From Eledone cirrhosa (lineage: Eukaryota): 64,000 bases of DNA. Location of the stretch: the NCBI GenBank assembly GCA_964016885.1, contig OZ024742.1:5952001-6016000 (forward strand). The letters run 5' to 3'. Below are positions 57,001-64,000 of the stretch, piece by piece. Position 1 is the first letter of the stretch, and each line of letters starts with the position of its first letter. The position numbers and the translations under genes are program-made. The notes below the pieces were generated by a model. It saw nothing but the letters and a program-made list of their open reading frames with translations. It searched no databases and was not told the DNA's origin.

Positions 57001-60000
57001 TGTCATTTCTGTCATTGCTGTCATAGCTGTTATTTCTGTTATTGCTGTTATTGTTGTTATTGTTGTCATTGCTCTTATTGCTGTTATTGCTGTTATTGCT
57101 GCGATTGCTGATATTGCTGTTATTGTTGTCATTGCTGTTATTGCTGTTATTGCTGTTATTGCTGTTATTGCTACGATGGCTGATATTGCTGTTATTGCTA
57201 TTATTCCTGTCATTGCTGTTATTGCTGTCATTGCTGTCCTTGCTGTTATTGTTGTCATTGCTGTTATTGCTGTCATTGCTGTTATTGCTGTTATTGCTGT
57301 CATTGCTGTCATTGCTGTCATTGCTGTCATTGCTGTTATTGCTATTATTGCTGTCATTGCTGTCATTGCTGTAATTGCTATTATTGCTGTCATTGCTGTC
57401 ATTGCTGTAATTGCTGTTATTGCTGTTATTGCTGTCATTGCAGTCATTGCTGTTATAGTTGTCATTGCGGTTATTGCTGTCATTGCTGTCATTACTGTTA
57501 TTGCTGTCATTGCTGTCATTGCTGTCATTGCTGTTATATCTGTTATTGCTGTGATTGCTGTCATTGCTGTCATTGCTGTCATTGCTGTCATTGCTGTCAT
57601 TGCTGTTATTGCTGTTATTGCTGTCATTGCTGTCATTGCTGTTATTGCTATCATTGCTGTTATTGCTGTTATTGCAGTCATTGCTGTCATTGCTGTCATT
57701 GCTGTCATTGCTGTCATTGCTGTTATTGCTGTCATTGCTGTCATTGCTGTCATTGCTGTCATTGCTGTCATTGCAGTCATTGCTGTCATTGCTGTCATTG
57801 CTGTTATTGCTGTCATTGCTGTCATTGCTGTCATTGCTGTCATTGCTGTCATTGCTGTTATTCCTGTCATTGCTGTTATTGCTGTTATTGCTGTCATTGC
57901 TGTCATTGCTGTTATTGCTGCTATTGCTGTCATTGCTGTCATTGCTGTTATTCCTGTCATTGCTGATATTGCTATTATTGCTGCCATTGCTGTTATTGAT
58001 GCGATTGCTGATATTGCTGTTATTGCTGTCATTGCTGTTATTGCTGCGATTGCTGATATTGCTGTTATTGCTGTCATTGGTGTTATTGCTGTCATTGCTG
58101 TTATTGCTGTTATTGCTATCATTTCTGTTATTGCTGTTATTGCTGTCATTGCAGTCATTGCTGTTATTGCTGTCATTGCTGTCATTGCTATTATTGTTGT
58201 TATTTCTGCCATTGCAGTTATTGCTCTTATTGCTATTATTGCTGTTATTGCTGGCATTGCTGTTATTGCTGTTATTGCTGTCATTGCTGATATTGCAGTC
58301 ATTGCTGTTATTGCTGTCATTGCTATTATTGCTGTTATTGCTGCTATTGCAGTTATTGCTCTTATTGCTGTTATTGCTGTTATTGCTGTCATTGCTGTTA
58401 TTGCTGTTGTTGCTCTTATTGCTGTTATTGCTGTCATTGCTGTCATTGCAGTCATTGCTGTTATTGCTGGCATTGCTGCCATTGCTGTCATTGCTGTCAT
58501 TGCTGTTATTGCTGTCATTGTAGTTATTGCTGTTATTGCTGCGATTGCTGATATTGCTGTTATTGCTGTCATTGCTGTTATTGCTGTTATTGCTGTTATT
58601 GCTGTTATAGTTGTCATTGCTGTTATTGCTGTTATTGCTGTCATTGCTGTTATTGCTGTTATTGCTGTTATAGTTGTCATTGTTGTTATTGCTGTCATTG
58701 CTGTTATTGCTGTTATTGCAGTCTTTGCTGTCATTGCTGTCATTGCTGTTATTGCTGTTATTGCTGTCATTGCTGTCATTGCTGTCATTGGTGTTATTGC
58801 TGTCATTGCTGTTATTGCTGTTATTGCAGTCATTGCTGTCATTGGTGTCATTGCTGTCATTGCTGTCATTGCTGTTATTGCTGTTATTGCTGTCATTGCT
58901 GTCATTGCTGTCATTGCTGTCACTGCTGTCATTGCTGACATATCTGTTTTTGATGTTATTGGTATCATTGCTGTCATTGCTGTTAGTACTGTCATTGCTG
59001 CTATGGCTGTTATTGCTGTTATTGCTGTCATTGCTGTCATTGCTGTCATTGCTGTTATTGCTGTTATTGCTGTTATTGCTGTCATTGCAGTTATTGCTGT
59101 TATTGCCGCGATTGCTGATATTGCTGTTATTTCTCTCATTGCTGTTATTGTTGTTATTGCTGTTATTGCTGTTATAGTTGTCATTGCTGTTATTGCTGTT
59201 ATTGCTGTCATTGCTGTTATTGCTGTCATTGCTGTTATTGTCGTCATTGTTGTTATTGCTGTTATTGCTGGCATTGCTGTTATTGCTGCGATTGCTGATA
59301 TTGCTGTTATTGCTGCGATTGCTGATATTGATGTTATTGCTGCGATTGCTGATATTGCTGTTATTGCTGCGATTGCTGATATTGATGTTATTGCTGTCAT
59401 TGCTGTTATTGCTGTTATTTCTGTCATTGCTGATATTGCTATTATTGCTGTCATTTCTGTTATTGCTGTCATTGCTATTATTGCTGTTATTGTTGTCATT
59501 GCTGTTATTGCTGTTATTGCTGTTATTGCTGTCATTGCTGTCATTGCTGTCATTGCTGTCATTGCTGTTAATGCTATTATTGCTGTCATTGCTGTCATTG
59601 CTGTAATTGCTGTTATTGCTGTTATTGCTGTCATTGCAGTCATTGCTGTTATAGTTGTCATTGCGGTTATTGCTGTCATTGCTGTCATTACTGTTATTGC
59701 TGTCATTGGTGTCATTGCTGTCATTGCTGTTATATCTGTTATTGCTGTGATTGCCGTCATTGCTGTCATTGCTGTCATTGCTGTTATTGCTGTCATTGCT
59801 GTTATTACTGTTATTGCAGTCACTGCTGTCATTGCTGTCATTGCTGTCATTGCTGTTATTGCTGTTATTGCTGTCATTGCTGTTATTGCAGTCATTGCTG
59901 TCATTGCTGTCATTGCTGTTATTGCTGTCATTGCTGTCATTGCTGTTATTGCAGTCATTGCTGTCATTGCTGTCATTGCTGTTATTGCTGTCATTGCTGT

Positions 60001-63000
60001 CATTGCTGTCATTGCTGTCATTGCTGTCATTGCTGTCATTGCTGTCATTGCTGTTATTCCTGTCATTGCTGTTATTGCTGTTATTGCTGTCATTGCTGTC
60101 ATTGCTGTTATTGCTGTTATTGCTGTCATTGCTGTCATTGCTGTTATTCCTGTCATTGCTGATATTGCTATTATTGCTGCCATTTCTGTTATTGATGCGA
60201 TTGCTGATATTGCTGTTATTGCTGTCATTGCTGTTATTGCTGCGATTGCTGATATTGCTGTTATTGCTGTCATTGGTGTTATTGCTGTCATTGCTGTTAT
60301 TGCTGTTATTGCTGTCATTGCTGTTATTGCTGTTATTGCTGTCATTGCAGTCATTGCTGTTATTGCTGTCATTGCTGTCATTGCTATTATTGTTGTTATT
60401 TCTGCCATTGCAGTTATTGCTCTTATTGCTATTATTGCTGTTATTGCTGGCATTGCTGTTATTGCTGTTATTGCTGTCATTGCTGATATTGCAGTCATTG
60501 CTGTTATTGCTGTCATTGCTATTATTGCTGTTATTGCTGCTATTGCAGTTATTGCTCTTATTGCTGTTATTGCTGTTATTGCTGTCATTGCTGTTATTGC
60601 TGTTGTTGCTCTTATTGCTGTTATTGCTGTCATTGCTGTCATTGCAGTCATTGCTGTTATTGCTGGCATTGCTGCCATTGCTGTCATTGCTGTCATTGCT
60701 GTTATTGCTGTCATTGTAGTTATTGCTGTTATTGCTGCGATTGCTGATATTGCTGTTATTGCTGTCATTGCTGTTATTGCTGTTATAGTTGTCATTGCTG
60801 TTATTGCTGTTATTGCTGTCATTGCTGTTATTGCTGTTATTGCTGTTATAGTTGTCATTGTTGTTATTGCTGTCATTGCTGTTATTGCTGTTATTGCAGT
60901 CTTTGCTGTCATTGCTGTCATTGCTGTTATTGCTGTTATTGCTGTCATTGCTGTCATTGCTGTCATTGGTGTTATTGCTGTCATTGCTGTTATTGCTGTT
61001 ATTGCAGTCATTGCTGTCATTGGTGTCATTGCTGTCATTGCTGTCATTGCTGTTATTGCTGTTATTGCTGTCATTGCTGTCATTGCTGTCATTGCTGTCA
61101 CTGCTGTCATTGCTGACATATCTGTTTTTGATGTTATTGGTATCATTGCTGTCATTGCTGTTAGTACTGTCATTGCTGCTATGGCTGTTATTGCTGTTAT
61201 TGCTGTCATTGCTGTCATTGCTGTCATTGCTGTTATTGCTGTTATTGCTGTTATTGCTGTCATTGCAGTTATTGCTGTTATTGCTGCGATTACTGATATT
61301 GCTGTTATTTCTCTCATTGCTGTTATTGTTGTTATTGCTGTTATTGCTGTTATAGTTGTCATTGCTGTTATTGCTGTTATTGCTGTCATTGCTGTTATTG
61401 CTGTCATTGCTGTTATTGTTGTCATTGTTGTTATTGCTGTTATTGCTGGCATTGCTGTTATTGCTGCGATTGCTGATATTGCTGTTATTGCTGCGATTGC
61501 TGATATTGATGTTATTGCTGCGATTGCTGATATTGCTGTTATTGCTGCGATTGCTGATATTGATGTTATTGCTGTCATTGCTGTTATTGCTGTTATTTCT
61601 GTCATTGCTGATATTGCTATTATTGCTGTCATTTCTGTTATTGCTGTCATTGCTATTATTGCTGTTATTGTTGTCATTGCTGTTATTGCTGTTATTGCTG
61701 TTATTTCTGTCATTGCAGTCATTGCTGTTATTGCTGTCATTGCTGTCTTTGCTGTTATTGATGTTATTGCTGCCATTGCAGTTATTGCTGTTATTGATGT
61801 TATTGCTGTTATTGCTGTCATTGCTGCCATTGCTGTCATTGCTGTCATTGCTGTTATTGCTGTTATTGCTGCGATTGCTGATATTGCTGTTATTGCTGTT
61901 ATTGCTGTCATTGCTGTTATTGCTGTCATTGCAGTTATTGCTGTCATTGCAGTTATTGCTGTTATTGCTGTTATTGCTGTTATTGCTGGCATTGCTGATA
62001 TTGCTGTCATTGCTGTTATTGCTGTTATTGCTGCGATTGCTGTTATTGCTGTTATTGCTGTCATTGCTGTTATTGTTGTCATTGCTGTTATTGCTGTCAT
62101 TGCTGTCATTGCTGTTCTTGCTATTATTGCTGTCATTACTGTCATTGCTGTTATTGCTGTCATTGCTGTCATTGCTGTTATTGCTGTTATTGCTGTCATT
62201 TCTGTTATTGCTGTCATTGCTGTCATTGCTGTTATTTCTGTTATTGCTGTTATTGTTGTTATTGCTGTCATTGCTCTTATTGCTGTTATTGCTGCGATTG
62301 CTGATATTGGTGTAATTGTTGTCATTGCTGTTATTGCTGTTATTGCTGTTATTGCTGCGATGGCTGATATTGCTATTATTGCTGTCATTGCTGTCATTGC
62401 TATTATTTCTGTCATTGCTGTTATTGCTGTCATTGCTGTCATTGCTGTCATTGATGTTATTGTTGTCATTGCTGTTATTGGTGTCATTGGTGTCATTGCT
62501 GTTATTGCTGTTATTGCTATTATTGCTGTTATTGTTGTCATTGCTGTTATTGCTGTCATTGCTGTCATTGCTGTTATTGCTATTATTGCTGTCATTGCTG
62601 TCATTGCTGTCATGGCTGTCGTTGCTCTTATTGCTATTATTGATGTCATTGCTGTTATTGCTGTCATTGCTGTCATTGCTGTTATTGTTGTCATTGCTGT
62701 CATTGCTGTCATTGCTGTCATTGCTGTTATTGCTATTATTGCTGTCATTGCTGTTATTGCTGTCATTGCTGTCGTTGCTCTTATTGCTATTATTGATGTC
62801 ATTGCTGTTATTGCTGTCATTGCTGTCATTGCTGTTATTTCTGTCATTGCTGTTATTGCTGTTATAGTTGTCATTGCTCTTATTGCTGTCATTGCTGTTA
62901 TTGATGCGATTGCTAATATTGCTGTTATTGCTGTCATTGCTGTTATTGGTGTTATTGCTGTCATTGCTGTAATTGCTGTTATTGCTGTTATTGCTGTCAT

Positions 63001-64000
63001 TGCAGTCATTGCTGTTATTGCTGTCATTGCTGTTATTGCTGCCATTGCAGTTACTTGCTGTTATTGCTGTTATTGCTGTTATTGCTGTCATTGCTGTTGT
63101 TGCTGTTATTGCTGTTATTGCTGCGATTGCTGTTATTGCTGTCATTGCTGTTATTGCTGTTATTGTTGTCATTGCTGTTATTGCTGTCATTGCTGTCATT
63201 TCTGTCATTGCTGTCATAGCTGTTATTTCTGTTATTGCTGTTATTGTTGTTATTGTTGTCATTGCTCTTATTGCTGTTATTGCTGTTATTGCTGCGATTG
63301 CTGATATTGCTGTTATTGTTGTCATTGCTGTTATTGCTGTTATTGCTGTTATTGCTGTTATTGCTACGATGGCTGATATTGCTGTTATTGCTATTATTCC
63401 TGTCATTGCTGTTATTGCTGTCATTGCTGTCCTTGCTGTTATTGTTGTCATTGCTGTTATTGCTGTCATTGCTGTTATTGCTGTTATTGCTGTCATTGCT
63501 GTCATTGCTGTCATTGCTGTCATTGCTGTTATTGCTATTATTGCTGTCATTGCTGTCATTGCTGTAATTGCTGTTATTGCTGTTATTGCTGTCATTGCAG
63601 TCATTGCTGTTATAGTTGTCATTGCGGTTATTGCTGTCATTGCTGTCATTACTGTTATTGCTGTCATTGCTGTCATTGCTGTCATTGCTGTTATATCTGT
63701 TATTGCTGTGATTGCTGTCATTGCTGTCATTGCTGTCATTGCTGTTATTGCTGTCATTGCTGTTATTACTGTTATTGCAGTCACTGCTGTCATTGCTGTC
63801 ATTGCTGTCATTGCTGTTATTGCTGTTATTGCTGTCATTGCTGTCATTGCTGTTATTGCTATCATTGCTGTTATTGCTGTTATTGCAGTCATTGCTGTCA
63901 TTGCTGTCATTGCTGTCATTGCTGTCATTGCTGTTATTGCTGTCATTGCTGTCATTGCTGTCATTGCTGTCATTGCTGTTATTGCAGTCATTGCTGTCAT
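36081..64000. repeat. 9-bp satellite (ATTGCTGTT/ATTGCTGTC)n, about 3100 units, continues beyond window end
   Basis: Uninterrupted 9-bp periodicity with a dimorphic last base and recurrent variant units (GCG-ATTGCTGAT, TCT, CCT, GGT, GCA). Five 1-bp register shifts noticed. Confidence 0.98.

Noticed and set aside
36067-63567. Poly-Leu, (Ile-Ala-Val)n and (Asn-Ser-Asn/Asp)n giant ORFs as genes
   Set aside because: They are overlapping frames of the same 9-bp repeat on both strands, with no unique domains, and openness is expected from codon composition.

Overview
Eukaryotic, almost entirely tandem-repeat DNA. The SINE copies resemble, from memory only, the abundant tRNA-derived SINEs of octopus genomes. 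Layout: (1) 1-~29.8 kb is a 49/50-bp satellite with nested higher-order duplications, interrupted twice by the same 553-bp solo-LTR-like insertion (TATA target-site duplication). (2) ~29.8-36.06 kb is a mosaic of micro/minisatellites around a ~1-kb unique island that holds an inverted SINE pair and a candidate exon; a second candidate exon lies in a smaller island at ~34.7 kb; repeat polarity flips near 31.25 kb. (3) 36.08-64 kb is a >=28-kb 9-bp satellite (ATTGCTGTY)n with kb-scale higher-order repeats that reads (Thr-Ala-Ile/Met)n on the minus strand. No ORF in the track is a credible conventional gene; nearly all are repeat translations. No CRISPR array, rRNA or tRNA gene is present. All counts and alignments were made by eye.
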